Positions 1 to 10,446 of a DNA stretch of 64,000 nucleotides are shown here, piece by piece. The notes under the pieces were generated by a model, which saw only the letters and a program-made list of their open reading frames with translations, had not been told where the DNA came from and searched no databases. The position numbers were made by a program, and so were the translations under genes. Source of the stretch: Terriglobia bacterium. GTDB taxonomy: Bacteria; Acidobacteriota; Terriglobia; 2-12-FULL-54-10. Location of the stretch: assembly GCA_963666975.2 (NCBI GenBank), contig CAXVYR010000002.1, forward strand, positions 378,244 to 442,243, in the 5' to 3' direction. Each line of letters begins with the position of its first letter. Position 1 is the stretch's first letter.

Positions 1-819
1 AATCCGGTCGCCTTCGCATCGCTTGTTCTGGAGGGTGAGGTAGTCCATGGCAAAGTGGATGCCTTGCAGCTCGCGGCCCGGGATGGGAAGGTCCCGGGGC
101 CAGCGAGATCCGCCCGCCAGCAGGAGGGCATCGAATCCCTCCTGGAGATCTTTGGCAGGAACATGGCCGCCGATGTCGCAATTGGTTTGGAAGACGATGC
201 CGCTCTCCTCCAATAGACGAATTCGCCGCTCCAAAAAATGCTTCTCCATCTTGAACTCGGGGATGCCGTAACGGAGGAGCCCTCCGATCCGGTCCGCGCG
301 CTCGAAAACCGTCACCCGATGGCCCGCCCGGTTCAACTGCTCCGCCGCCGCCAGGCCCGCAGGCCCGGAACCGACCACGGCAACCTTCTTGCCGGTGCGA
401 ACGGCGGGCACGGCCGCCTGCACCCATCCCTCATGGAACGCGCGGTCGATGATGGAGACCTCGATCTGCTTGATCGTCACCGGGTCATCGTTGATGCCGA
501 GCACGCAAGAGCCTTCGCACGGGGCCGGGCAAAGCCGCCCGGTAAACTCCGGAAAGTTGTTGGTGGCGTGAAGACGGGCGATGGCTTCCTGCCAGCGCTC
601 CCGGTAAATCAGGTCGTTCCAGTCCGGGATGAGGTTGCCGAGTGGGCAACCCTGATGGCAGAAGGGAATGCCGCAGTCCATGCAGCGCGCAGCCTGCTTC
701 CGGAGCTTGCCGTTCTCAAAAGGGAGGTAGACCTCCTGCCAGTCGCGAATTCGCCCATCCACGGGACGGCGGCTGGGGGTCTCTCGGGGAAATTCAATAA
801 AGCCGGTTGGTTTAGCCAT
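1..819 (-). CDS. gltD: Glutamate synthase small subunit, 5' part (runs off the window)
   Basis: The minus strand from ATG at 819 reads [13 protein letters not shown] and later has the CMDCG and NNFPEFTG Fe-S motifs. It overlaps the gltB stop. It is absent from the ORF track because its stop lies outside the window. Confidence 0.93.
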   Translation of the reverse strand, partial: MAKPTGFIEFPRETPSRRPVDGRIRDWQEVYLPFENGKLRKQAARCMDCGIPFCHQGCPLGNLIPDWNDLIYRERWQEAIARLHATNNFPEFTGRLCPAPCEGSCVLGINDDPVTIKQIEVSIIDRAFHEGWVQAAVPAVRTGKKVAVVGSGPAGLAAAEQLNRAGHRVTVFERADRIGGLLRYGIPEFKMEKHFLERRIRLLEESGIVFQTNCDIGGHVPAKDLQEGFDALLLAGGSRWPRDLPIPGRELQGIHFAMDYLTLQNKRCEGDRI

Positions 820-3800
820 GGGCGCCTTCCATTACAGCTTCCTCCCATGGCACGCCCATCTCATGGGATTTTTTCATGGCAAGCATGGCCCGTTTGTAAT
901 CTCGCGGCATGACCTTCACAAACCGAGGCTGTGTCTCCTCCCAATGGAGCAGCACTTGCTCGCCCACCGCGCTCTGCGTGTAGCGGATGTGCCGCGTGAT
1001 GAGGTCTTTTACTTCCTCGATGTCTTCGGCCTCGGCCAGTGGCTCCAGGTCCACCATTCCCAAATTGCAGTGGTTCGGGAAATCCCCCGCCTCGTCCAGC
1101 ACATAGGCGACGCCGCCCGACATGCCGGCGGCGAAATTCCTTCCCGTCTTCCCCAGGACAACGACTTTCCCTCCCGTCATGTACTCGCAGCCGTGGTCGC
1201 CGACGCCTTCCACCACAGTGCCGGCCCCGCTGTTGCGGACGGCGAACCGCTCGCCGGCCACGCCCCGGAAGTAGGCTTCCCCGCTGGTGGCTCCGTAGAG
1301 CACCACGTTGCCGATGAGGATGTTCTGCTCGGGCACGAAGGTAGCCTGCCGCGGCGGGAACACGACGATCTTGCCCCCGGAGAGTCCCTTGCCGAGATAG
1401 TCGTTGGAATCCCCCTCCAGCGTGAGCGTAATCCCCTTGGGAATAAAAGCGCCGAAGCTCTGCCCCGCCGAGCCGGTGAAGTAGAGTTGGATGGTATCCT
1501 CGGGAAGACCCTCGGCTCCGTGCCGCTTCGTTAGCTCGTAGCCCAGTATTGTGCCGACCGTGCGGTTCACATTCCGGATCGGGAGGCTGTGTTCCACGGG
1601 GACCTTGCCTTCCAGAGCTTCCCGGCACAACGGCACGAGCGTGGTTCTGTCGAGCGAGCGCTCCAGGCCATGGTCCTGCTCGCGCACTTTGTGGATCGCC
1701 ACTTCCGGGCCCATCTCGGGCCGGTAAAGAATATTCGAAAAGTCCAGTCCGCACGCCTTCCAGTGATCCACCGCTTTCCGGGCATCGAGCCGGTCGGAGC
1801 GCCCGATCATGTCGTCCATGGCGCGGAAGCCGAGCTTCGCCATATACTCCCGCACCTCTTCGGCCAGGAAGCGGAAGAATACCTCGACGAACTCGGGCTT
1901 TCCGGCAAACTCTTTCCTCAGTTCCGGGTCCTGCGTGGCGATCCCGACCGGGCAAGTGTTCAGGTGGCATACGCGCATCATGATGCATCCCACCACCACC
2001 AGCGGCGCGGTCGAGAAACCGTACTCCTCGGCCCCCAGCAGCGCGGCGATGACCACATCCCGCCCGGTTTTCATCTGCCCGTCGGTTTGGACCACGATCC
2101 TGTCGCGCAGTTTGTTGAGAACCAGGACCTGCTGCGTCTCGGCGAGGCCGAGCTCCCACGGCACCCCGCCGTGTTTGATGCTGGTGAGGGGCGAGGCTCC
2201 GGTTCCTCCGTCGAATCCGGAGATCAACACCACGTCGGAATGGGCCTTCGCAACCCCGGCAGCGACGGTTCCCACGCCGATCTCGGCCACCAGCTTCACG
2301 TGAATGCGAGCCTTCGGGTTGGCGTTCTTGAGATCGTGGATCAACTGCGCCAAGTCCTCAATCGAATAGATATCGTGGTGAGGCGGCGGGGAGATCAGCC
2401 CGACGCCCGGAGTCGAGTAGCGAACCTTGGCGATCCATGGATAGACTTTTTGTCCCGGAAGCTGGCCGCCCTCGCCGGGCTTAGCTCCCTGCGCCATTTT
2501 GATCTGCAAGTCATCGGAGTTTACCAAGTATTCGCTGGTCACCCCGAATCGTCCGGAGGCCACTTGTTTGATGGAGCTGCGCCGGGAGTCGCCGTTCGGG
2601 TCCGGAATGTAGCGCGCCGGGTCCTCTCCCCCTTCGCCGGTGTTGGACTTCCCTCCCAGCCGGTTCATGGCAATCGCCAGCGTCTCATGAGCCTCCTGGC
2701 TGATGGAGCCGTAGGACATGGCTCCGGTCGCAAACCGCTTCAGGATCGACTCGGCCGATTCCACCTCTTCGAGCGGAATCGGCTTCGGGGCCCATTTGAA
2801 CTCGAACAGACCCCGCAAGGTAGCCATGTTCGTGCTCTGGTCGTCCACCAAGTTCGTATATTCCTTGAATATCTTGTACTGGCCGGAGTGCGTGGCATGC
2901 TGGAGCTTGAAGACGGTATCCGGATTGAACAGGTGGTATTCCCCGTCTCTCCGCCACTGGTATTCGCCGCCCCATTCGAGATCGGGCTGCCCCACAGGGC
3001 GTTCCGGGTAGGCTTTTTGGTGGCGCAGGAGCGCTTCTTTTGCAACCACATCGATTCCCACGCCTTCAATGCGCGAGGCGGTCCAGGTGAAATAGCGGTC
3101 CACGAATTTCTTGTTGAGCCCGATGGCCTCAAAGATCTGTGCTCCGCAGTAGGACTGGATTGTGGAGATGCCCATTTTGGAGAGGACCTTGAGGATTCCC
3201 TTGTTGAGGGCCTTAATGTAGTCGCGGACGGCTGCCTCGTGGTCCATCCCTGACAGACTCCCCTGGCGCAGCATGTCGTCGAGGGTCTCAAAAGCCAGGT
3301 ACGGGTTGACGGCGCTCGCCCCGTAACCGATCAGCAGCGCCACGTGATGCACTTCGCGGGCTTCGCCGGTCTCCACCAGCAAACCTGCTTTCGTCCGCGT
3401 TCCTTCCCGCACCAAGTGGTGGTGCACGCCGGAGGTTGCCAGCAGCGCCGGGATGGGAACCATGCGCGCGTCCACGCCACGGTCCGAGAGGATCAGGATG
3501 GTGGCGCCGCCGGTGACCGCCTCGCCGGCCTTTCGGCTCAGCTCTTCCATGGCGGCTGCCAGCCCCTCGGCCCCTTCCGTTACGGGAAACAGCGCGGGGA
3601 GCGTGACGCTTTTTAATCCCGGACGGTCCGCGTGGAGGATTTTGGCCAGCTCGTCGTTGTCGAGAACCGGCCCCGGAAGCTTGATCTGGCGGCAGCTCTC
3701 GGGCTCCGGTTTCAGAAGATTGCGCTCCGGCCCGGCAGGAATGGACAACTGGGTAATCAATTCCTCGCGAATCTGATCCAGAGGCGGGTTGGTCACCTGC

Positions 3801-5374
3801 GCGAAGAGTTGCTTGAAGTAATCATAGAGCAGGCGCGGACGGTTGGAGAGAACAGCCAGGGCGGTGTCTGTGCCCATCGAGCCCACCGGTTCTTCCTTCC
3901 TCTCGGCCATGGGTCCGAGAAGGATTCGGAGGTCTTCGTGCGTGTAGCCAAAAGCCTGCTGCCGCTGGAGCACGGTGGCGTGGTCCGGCTCGGGCACGTG
4001 GGAAGCTTCGGGAAGATTTTCCAGAGCGACCAGGTGTTTGCGCAGCCACTCTCCGTAGGGATGCTCGGAGGCGAAACGATGTTTGATCTCCTCGTCGTCC
4101 ACAATGCGTCCCTCGGCCGTATCCACCAGGAACATGCGTCCGGGGTGGAGGCGTTCCTTAAGCAGGATATTTTCCGGCGGAATGTCCAGGACCCCGACCT
4201 CGGATGCCATCACCACCAGCCCGTCCTTGGTCACCCAGTAGCGGGAGGGCCGGAGGCCGTTGCGGTCCAGCACCGCTCCGATGACCGTGCCGTCGGTGAA
4301 GGCGATGGAAGCAGGGCCATCCCACGGCTCCATCAAACAGCCGTGGTACTCGTAGAACGCCTTCTTTTCCTCGCTCATGGATTCGTGTCCGCTCCACGGC
4401 TCGGGAATCATCATCATGACCGCATGGGGGAGCGGGCGTCCCGCCATCACTAAAAACTCCAGAACGTTGTCGAAGGTGGCCGAGTCGCTGCCGCCCTCGA
4501 GCACAATCGGGAGAATTTTTTTCAGCTCGGGCAGCCGGTCGGAGGCGCAAAGCGCCTCGCGGGCGTGCATCCGGTTGATATTGCCTCGCAGGGTGTTGAT
4601 CTCGCCGTTGTGGGCCAGATAGCGGTACGGGTGGGCCAGCGGCCAGGACGGGAACGTGTTGGTGGAAAAACGCTGGTGAACCAGCATCAGAGCCGAGGCG
4701 AAGTCGGGCTCCACGATGTCGGGAAACATGGGCTCCATCTGGTTGGCCGAGAGCATTCCCTTGTAGATCATCGTCCGCGCCGAGAGGCTGGGAAGGTAGA
4801 ACAGCTCGCGCTGCGGAATCCCGGAGTTCCGTATGGCGTGCTCCACGCGCTTGCGGATCACGTAGAGCTTCCGCTCGAAGCTCTCCAGGTCCGGGACCTG
4901 TTTCGAGCGGCCGATAAAAACCTGCCGGATATGCGGTTCAGAGGCGCGGGCCGAAGGACCGATGGGCGAATCGTCGGTCGGCACGTCCCGCCAGCCGAGC
5001 AGCGTCTGCCCCTCCTCGCCGATGATTTGCTCGAAAGTCTCCTGGCAGCGGGCGCGCTCTCCGGAGTCCTGGGGAAGAAAGACCAGTCCGGCGCCGTATT
5101 CCCCCTCGTTAGGAAGCGCAATGCCGGCCGTGCCGGTGACCCGCTTCAGGAAGACGTGGGGTATCTGAAGAAGAATTCCCGCGCCATCGCCGGTGTTGAC
5201 CTCGCAGCCGCACGCGCCGCGATGCATCAGGTTTTTGAGCACCGTCAGCGCCTGCTCCACCAGCGCGTGCGACTTGCGCCCTTGAATGTCCACCACAAAG
5301 CCCACCCCGCAGGCATCGTGCTCGTGCCGGGGGTCATACAGCCCTTGTGCCGGTGGAAGCCCCAACCGGTTCAT
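812..5374 (-). CDS. gltB: Glutamate synthase large subunit
   Basis: HDACGVGF amidotransferase N-terminus, [33 protein letters not shown] domain, [16 protein letters not shown] 3Fe-4S motif and GXGXG C-terminus. Start placed at MNRLG (5374). Confidence 0.97.
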   Translation of the reverse strand: MNRLGLPPAQGLYDPRHEHDACGVGFVVDIQGRKSHALVEQALTVLKNLMHRGACGCEVNTGDGAGILLQIPHVFLKRVTGTAGIALPNEGEYGAGLVFLPQDSGERARCQETFEQIIGEEGQTLLGWRDVPTDDSPIGPSARASEPHIRQVFIGRSKQVPDLESFERKLYVIRKRVEHAIRNSGIPQRELFYLPSLSARTMIYKGMLSANQMEPMFPDIVEPDFASALMLVHQRFSTNTFPSWPLAHPYRYLAHNGEINTLRGNINRMHAREALCASDRLPELKKILPIVLEGGSDSATFDNVLEFLVMAGRPLPHAVMMMIPEPWSGHESMSEEKKAFYEYHGCLMEPWDGPASIAFTDGTVIGAVLDRNGLRPSRYWVTKDGLVVMASEVGVLDIPPENILLKERLHPGRMFLVDTAEGRIVDDEEIKHRFASEHPYGEWLRKHLVALENLPEASHVPEPDHATVLQRQQAFGYTHEDLRILLGPMAERKEEPVGSMGTDTALAVLSNRPRLLYDYFKQLFAQVTNPPLDQIREELITQLSIPAGPERNLLKPEPESCRQIKLPGPVLDNDELAKILHADRPGLKSVTLPALFPVTEGAEGLAAAMEELSRKAGEAVTGGATILILSDRGVDARMVPIPALLATSGVHHHLVREGTRTKAGLLVETGEAREVHHVALLIGYGASAVNPYLAFETLDDMLRQGSLSGMDHEAAVRDYIKALNKGILKVLSKMGISTIQSYCGAQIFEAIGLNKKFVDRYFTWTASRIEGVGIDVVAKEALLRHQKAYPERPVGQPDLEWGGEYQWRRDGEYHLFNPDTVFKLQHATHSGQYKIFKEYTNLVDDQSTNMATLRGLFEFKWAPKPIPLEEVESAESILKRFATGAMSYGSISQEAHETLAIAMNRLGGKSNTGEGGEDPARYIPDPNGDSRRSSIKQVASGRFGVTSEYLVNSDDLQIKMAQGAKPGEGGQLPGQKVYPWIAKVRYSTPGVGLISPPPHHDIYSIEDLAQLIHDLKNANPKARIHVKLVAEIGVGTVAAGVAKAHSDVVLISGFDGGTGASPLTSIKHGGVPWELGLAETQQVLVLNKLRDRIVVQTDGQMKTGRDVVIAALLGAEEYGFSTAPLVVVGCIMMRVCHLNTCPVGIATQDPELRKEFAGKPEFVEVFFRFLAEEVREYMAKLGFRAMDDMIGRSDRLDARKAVDHWKACGLDFSNILYRPEMGPEVAIHKVREQDHGLERSLDRTTLVPLCREALEGKVPVEHSLPIRNVNRTVGTILGYELTKRHGAEGLPEDTIQLYFTGSAGQSFGAFIPKGITLTLEGDSNDYLGKGLSGGKIVVFPPRQATFVPEQNILIGNVVLYGATSGEAYFRGVAGERFAVRNSGAGTVVEGVGDHGCEYMTGGKVVVLGKTGRNFAAGMSGGVAYVLDEAGDFPNHCNLGMVDLEPLAEAEDIEEVKDLITRHIRYTQSAVGEQVLLHWEETQPRFVKVMPRDYKRAMLAMKKSHEMGVPWEEAVMEGAHG

Positions 5375-5575
5375 CGTTCGTCCTCCGTCCTCCGTCCTCC
5401 GTCTTTCTGTTGCTGTTACCTGTGCGATGCCATCAAACGCGGCTTGCGTTCTCCGCACGGCACAAACTGCGCAATCGGGTTAGGGTACACGAAGTTAACC
5501 CATAACCCAAGGCGAAAATGAAAATTCTTTACATTAGTTTTACTTATATTATAAACCGTGCTATAAAAGAGTGCC

Positions 5576-6490
5576 ATGAATCTGGAAACCCTTCACTTGT
5601 ACTGCGAAATCGTCCGCGTGCACAGCTTCTCGCGGGGAGCGGCGGACAATGGGGTTTCGCAGTCGGCAGCCAGCCAGGCCGTCCAGCAACTGGAAAGCGA
5701 ATTGCGCGTGCAGTTGCTGGACCGCAGCAAGCGCCCTTTTGCCCTGACCCTGGAAGGACGGAAGTTCTACGATGCCTGCCGGACGCTGTTGCAGAACTTC
5801 GAGCGGACGCGGGCCGAGATCAGCCAGCCGCGGCAGGAACTGGAAGGCAGCGTGCGGGTGGCAGCGATCTACTCGGTGGGTCTGCACGGAATCAGCGGGC
5901 AGATGCAGCGTTTCCTCTCGCTCCATCCCAAGACCCGCGTGCGGCTGGAGTGCCTCCATCCCCAGCAAGTGGTGGAGACCGTGGTCCAGGACGAGGCGGA
6001 CCTCGGAGTTCTTTCCTACCCGCCGGCCAACCGTGCGCTCTCGGTGGTGCCGCTCCGGTCCGATCCAATCGTCTTTGTATGTCCCCCCCACCACCGGCTG
6101 GCGAGACGGCGAACGCTGGCCGCTACGGACCTGAACGGGGAACCGTTCGTGGCCTTCGACGCCGATCTTTCCATCCGCAAAGCGATCGACCGCGCTCTCC
6201 GAAAACGCAATGCGAAGGCCAAGGTGGTGATGGAGTTCGACAACGTGGAGACCATCAAACAGGCGATTATCAACGGGGCCGGCGTCAGCCTTCTCCCGGC
6301 GCCCACCATCATGAAGGAAGTCGGCATCCGGACTCTCAGCGCGGTGCCGCTCAACATCCCGGAACTGACACGGCCGGTGGCGGCGATCCACCGCCGGAAC
6401 AAGCTGCTGACGCCTGCCGTGGCCCGGTTCCTGGAAACATTACAAGAGGTCGACTTCCAGCCTGACCACACTCCCAGAACGCGCCATTAA
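5576..6490 (+). CDS. LysR-family transcriptional regulator, divergent from gltBD (GltC/CysL-like)
   Basis: N-terminal HTH SFSRGAADNGVSQSAASQAVQQLE, LTLEG, and substrate-binding domain with EFDNVETIKQAI. Confidence 0.93.
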   Translation: MNLETLHLYCEIVRVHSFSRGAADNGVSQSAASQAVQQLESELRVQLLDRSKRPFALTLEGRKFYDACRTLLQNFERTRAEISQPRQELEGSVRVAAIYSVGLHGISGQMQRFLSLHPKTRVRLECLHPQQVVETVVQDEADLGVLSYPPANRALSVVPLRSDPIVFVCPPHHRLARRRTLAATDLNGEPFVAFDADLSIRKAIDRALRKRNAKAKVVMEFDNVETIKQAIINGAGVSLLPAPTIMKEVGIRTLSAVPLNIPELTRPVAAIHRRNKLLTPAVARFLETLQEVDFQPDHTPRTRH

Positions 6491-6540
6491 CAGCCGCGTT
6501 CTTTGCGGCGATCTGCGGTTCACAATAATTAGTAGGATCG

Positions 6541-7842
6541 TTACTGCTCGGATGAAGCCGCTTCTTCCGAAAGATTCGAGGTTTGCCCTGGGGAAGCATT
6601 TGTTTTGCGGTTGGGGCGGGTAAACATATATCCGGGCCGGGTGCGTGTCCGGACATCCGGCCGGGAGACGAGAACTTTGATGGTGTGAAAGCCGGGGCGA
6701 TCCAAGTTGTTGGGGCGATAGGAAATCAGATACTGGCTGCGCAATTCTTGTCCGATCTTCGCGAGCGCCTGCTCCATCCGCGCCTTGTCGCCGGTGGAAA
6801 AATCCATCCCTCCCGTGCCCGCCGAATAGAGCTTCAGCGGATTGGCGCCCAGGAAAGACCGTGTGGAGGTGACCAGTTCGGTGATGATCTCCAGCATGTT
6901 GATGTTGGCGGCCCCCCAATTGGTCTGTGCATCGGGGATGGGAGGCTGGCTTCCGGGCATCGGCATTGGCACAACCCCGGGAGGGAACGGAGAGGAAACG
7001 CTATCCACCCGCTTGGAAACACCTTTCCAGGTGCTCAAACCCACCGTATAGACCGAAATCCCAAGCTGCTGGGCTCCCCGCAGCACGAATCCCTGATGAG
7101 TGCTGCTGCCATGATCCCTGGCTTCGGAGATAACGATGATGATCTTCCGGCGTCCTTGTGGCCGCCGTTGCAACAGCGAGACAGCCCGGGCCATGGCGTC
7201 GGTGAGCCGAACCTGGTCTCCGCCCGGCGAGATGGCGCGGATGGCGTTTTCGATCTCCTCTGCGTCTTGCGTGAAGCCCTGGGCTATTCTGACTTCGCGG
7301 TCAAAAGTCAGCACGACCGCTTCCCCGGTCTCCCCCAGAATCAGTTGTGTCAGCAATATCCCCGTACTGCGAATTTCCGGAATCACCGATTCCACGCGCG
7401 AGCTGGTCTCGAGCAAAACAGCCAGCGATAATGGGTCCCAGCTGAGATCAAAGTCTTCAATCTTCTGCGCCACGCCGTTGTCCAGAATGGTGAACTCGCC
7501 CTGGTTCATGTCGGTCACCAATTCGCCGGAACGGTCGGTCACGGTGACAGGAACGGTGACGACTTCGATCTGGACAGCGAAGCTGACTTGCCCATCCTGG
7601 TCTATATACTGGTCTGTGTCCTGGTCTGTATTGGGGTCTGTATCTGGGTCTGCTTTCGGGTCTGCATCCGGCGGAGCCTCCGCAGCGGGTGCCTGCTGGC
7701 TGCCCTCAGATAGCTGTGCGGACAGGCTTACGGGAGTCAGTGGAGACAGGGTTGCGCACACGAACAATAAAAGAGCGGTCCACTGCATCATAATCCGGGG
7801 GTGCATGTCTTTATTCTGGCACAGATTCGCCGGGCGGAACAA
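6541..7842 (-). CDS. Secreted VWA domain protein (VWFA-related acidobacterial type)
   Basis: Signal peptide, VTVPVTVTDRSG...F.ILDNGVAQKI, LLETSSRV MIDAS-like motif, and ELRSQYLISYRP...RTRPGY C-terminus. Start uncertain. Confidence 0.85.
   Translation of the reverse strand: MFRPANLCQNKDMHPRIMMQWTALLLFVCATLSPLTPVSLSAQLSEGSQQAPAAEAPPDADPKADPDTDPNTDQDTDQYIDQDGQVSFAVQIEVVTVPVTVTDRSGELVTDMNQGEFTILDNGVAQKIEDFDLSWDPLSLAVLLETSSRVESVIPEIRSTGILLTQLILGETGEAVVLTFDREVRIAQGFTQDAEEIENAIRAISPGGDQVRLTDAMARAVSLLQRRPQGRRKIIIVISEARDHGSSTHQGFVLRGAQQLGISVYTVGLSTWKGVSKRVDSVSSPFPPGVVPMPMPGSQPPIPDAQTNWGAANINMLEIITELVTSTRSFLGANPLKLYSAGTGGMDFSTGDKARMEQALAKIGQELRSQYLISYRPNNLDRPGFHTIKVLVSRPDVRTRTRPGYMFTRPNRKTNASPGQTSNLSEEAASSEQ
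7597..7668. repeat. Six degenerate 12-bp tandem units encoding a D-P/Q-x-x linker in the VWA protein
   Basis: ctggtctatata ctggtctgtgtc ctggtctgtatt ggggtctgtatc tgggtctgcttt cgggtctgcatc. Confidence 0.8.
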
Positions 7843-7928
7843 GGGCGGGCGCGACCATCACCATGTTCCACATTATTACGGCCCTTCGTCATCGAGGGTT
7901 CTGCTACAGCAAGCGTACAATAGTATAG

Positions 7929-8820
7929 ATGGCGGATAAAGCTCAACGGTTGGCCCACAATGCTCCGGGGGATTTTTTTGTCGACGGCACTTGCATCGAT
8001 TGCGACCAATGCCGGGCCATTGCTCCCGAGACGTTTCGCGACGCGGGAAGCGAGGCGAGCGTTTACCGGCAACCCGACCGGCCCGAGCATATCCAGCGGG
8101 CGCTGATGGCGCTGGTGACGTGCCCGGTGGGCTCCATCGGCACGGAGAAGCGTCACAAGCTGAGCGCTGCGGTCTCCAGTTTCCCGGAGCCGCTGGAAGA
8201 ACTAGAAGTAGAGGAAGAGGAGAACGTCTACTTCTGCGGGTTTTCCTCGGCCAGCACGTTCGGAGCCTCCAGTTATTTGATCCGGCGGCCGGAGGGAAAC
8301 GTGCTGGTGGACTCTCCGCGCTTTGCCTCCCGGCTGGTCAGCCGGTTGGAGCAGATGGGCGGCGTTCGCTGGATGTTCCTCACCCACCGTGACGACATCG
8401 CCGACCACGCACGCTTCCGCCGCCACTTCGGCTGCGAGCGCATCATTCATGCACGCGAGATTCACTCCGGACTCGACGGCATCGAGCAGCAAATTACGGG
8501 GGACGAGCCGCAACGAATCGGGCCGGAACTGGTGGCGATCCCCGCGCCGGGCCACACGCGGGGCCACATGGTGCTGCTCTACCGGGACCGGTTTCTTTTC
8601 ACGGGCGACCCACCTGGCCTGGTCGGCGGCCCGCCAGGACCTCACTGCATTCCGCAGCGTCTGCTGGTATTCCTGGGAGAAGCAGACAGAGTCGATGGAG
8701 CGGCTCCTGCCGTATCGCTTTGAATGGGTGCTGCCCGGCCACGGGCGGCGTCATCACGGGACCGCGAAGGAAATGCACGCTTCCTTGACCCGCTGTGTTG
8801 CCTGGATGCGCCATTATTAG
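7929..8820 (+). pseudogene. Ferredoxin-fused MBL-fold metallo-hydrolase with a +1 frameshift near 8610
   Basis: CIDCDQC...CPVGSIG ferredoxin motif, THRDDIADH and PGHTRGH. LFTGD continues as HLAW...WVLPGHG only in the next frame (gac-c-cac, one extra C). Confidence 0.85.
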
Positions 8821-8860
8821 TAGCGTAATTATTAGTAGCGTAATTGTTAGGCGTGGCGTA
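8813..8860. repeat. 15-bp tandem repeat ATTATTAGTAGCGTA x2 plus one degenerate copy
   Basis: Seen directly at 8813-8827, 8828-8842 and 8843-8860; overlaps the MBL stop codon. Confidence 0.85.
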
Positions 8861-8927
8861 ATTAGTTGCACAATGGCGCCGGAAGATGCCCCCCAATGGT
8901 TGGTCGCGGCAGCGCTAATCCGCTATG

Positions 8928-8975
8928 CCCCCCTTGTTACCCCCCTTGTTACCCCCCTTGTTACCCCTCTTGTTG
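8928..8975. repeat. 12-bp tandem repeat CCCCCCTTGTTA x4
   Basis: Three exact units and one variant (cccctcttgttg) whose end forms TTGACA at 8973-8978. Confidence 0.9.
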
Positions 8976-9042
8976 ACACATAGTGTTCCGCCGGAAGAAT
9001 TTAGAAGTCACGCCTCCGGCAAACCCAATACGAATGATGCCA

Positions 9043-9170
9043 GGCAACTCCCTGCAGGCCGGAAACGGCCAGGGGAGACTCAGAGAGGCAAACCAATTTG
9101 CTTCTTTTGGAGTCATCCGGTTCCTATACTGAGGGCGGTCAGTTTTCTCAGCGCTGATCCGGCTACCCAA
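9043..9170 (+). ncRNA. Candidate structured 5' leader or riboswitch-like element upstream of the PilZ gene
   Basis: Three consecutive hairpins: ctccctg..ggccg-GAAA-cggcc..caggggag, gactcagagaggcaaa-ccaa-tttgcttcttttggagtc (G-U pairs), and ctgaggg..ttctcag. The segment is bounded by GGCAAC and GGCTACC. Confidence 0.4.
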
Positions 9171-9183
9171 AGAAACTGACCTG

Positions 9184-9507
9184 TTGGGGCGAGAAGAGCC
9201 AATAGCGATTGTCGAGAGACGGCGTTACAAACGTTATCCCACAGTTGGACACGCAGAGTTTTGGTCTGAGTCCACGAAGACTACATGCGATCTGCTCGAT
9301 GTCGCGAAAGGGGGGGTGATCCTTCGCAGCGAGGTTCAAGTTTCGCAGGCAATAGAAGTTACGGTTCGTTTCAGTGTTCAGGATTACCCGGAAGAGTTCG
9401 AGGCCAGAGGAATGGTGGTGCGCGTTCAGCAGGACTCGCTGGCAGTAATGTTCTTGGAAGTGCCGCCGGGAATCGACAAACTGCTGCAGTGGCTGGAAAA
9501 AGCGTAA
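9184..9507 (+). CDS. Single-domain PilZ (c-di-GMP-binding) protein
   Basis: ERRRYKRY (RxxxR) and DVAKGG (D/NxSxxG-like) motifs, plus a VVRV...AVMF beta-barrel end. Confidence 0.8.
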   Translation: MGREEPIAIVERRRYKRYPTVGHAEFWSESTKTTCDLLDVAKGGVILRSEVQVSQAIEVTVRFSVQDYPEEFEARGMVVRVQQDSLAVMFLEVPPGIDKLLQWLEKA

Positions 9508-9687
9508 GGGCCAATCGAACCGAAAACCTTTAGTCCCTACCCTGGAAAACTTTCTCCAAATATTCCCCTTAGAGCAAATTCAGTGGATTGCGAAGGTGTG
9601 CTCCATTCGGTGTGGATGGAGCTTGGTCGCATAGATGTGGGATTTCGGGGTCAATAGAGCCAATGACCCATGGTCGGATCAGGTCAC

Positions 9688-10434
9688 TCACACTGCTAAG
9701 AAAGGCTCTGCAACCAAAAGCAGGCGGTAGGGCCATCGCCGCTGGATCATGCAGTTGCGCAATCCAGCACGGCTTGCAGTTTGCAATAATTCTTGCTTGC
9801 GGAATGCCTGTTCAAACGAGACCAGACCGTCAATGCGGCTCATGGCGCAGGTTGTAAAGAAAGGATTGAACAAGCGGAAGAAATAGTAGGGAACAGGGTG
9901 TCTTTCCAGGTCACTGACGATTAAGGCGCGGCGTGCCCAACGGCTCATCATCCGCAAAAGTTCGACGGCTTGATCCTCAGGAAGGTGATGTAAAAAATGA
10001 GAACAAGTAACGAAATCAAAGGCTCGATCTGGCACGGGCGCGTGAAATGCGTCGGCGGAGAAAGGGTGCAACTTGGGATATGCCGCGAGTTCATCCCGAA
10101 ACAGCGCGAGATATCTGTGCCAGTATTCCAACGCAAAGACTTCCGCTTCGAGGCCCTGCTGTTGCGCCCATCTCAGGATGGCAAATGGCAGGTCGCAGGA
10201 GCCGCTGGCAATATCCAGGACGCTGAACCGGGTCAGTTGATGGCGGCTCACTTGACCTTCCAAAACTTCCAGCAAAAGTTTTTGACTTCCAAAGATCCTG
10301 TTGATGCGACGGATGTCTAACAAATTCCGTCGCACCTCCTCATCGGGCATATTCCCGGCATCGATCAGTTCCGGGCGCAAAACTCGCGAAGAGAAATCAG
10401 GCAATTTGAGGTGGAGGGCCGAAGCCTGTCGCAT
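9688..10434 (-). CDS. Class I SAM-dependent methyltransferase (type III PKS partner)
   Basis: VLDIASGSCD motif I, FDFVTCSHFLHH and DLERH; lies 12 bp downstream of the PKS. Confidence 0.88.
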   Translation of the reverse strand: MRQASALHLKLPDFSSRVLRPELIDAGNMPDEEVRRNLLDIRRINRIFGSQKLLLEVLEGQVSRHQLTRFSVLDIASGSCDLPFAILRWAQQQGLEAEVFALEYWHRYLALFRDELAAYPKLHPFSADAFHAPVPDRAFDFVTCSHFLHHLPEDQAVELLRMMSRWARRALIVSDLERHPVPYYFFRLFNPFFTTCAMSRIDGLVSFEQAFRKQELLQTASRAGLRNCMIQRRWPYRLLLVAEPFLAV

Positions 10435-10446
10435 TGCTGCTGCTCC

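Noticed and set aside
5379-5403. 7-bp repeat CGTCCTC upstream of gltB
   Set aside because: Short low-complexity run overlapping the GGAGG RBS region; no evidence of a separate function.
818-5521. Long plus-strand ORFs over gltB (e.g. 1589-3253)
   Set aside because: Antisense shadow ORFs typical of high-GC coding DNA; no recognisable motifs.
5518-6465. Alternative 315-aa plus-strand ORF over the LysR gene
   Set aside because: Off-frame and compositionally implausible; 5576-6490 has the LysR motifs.
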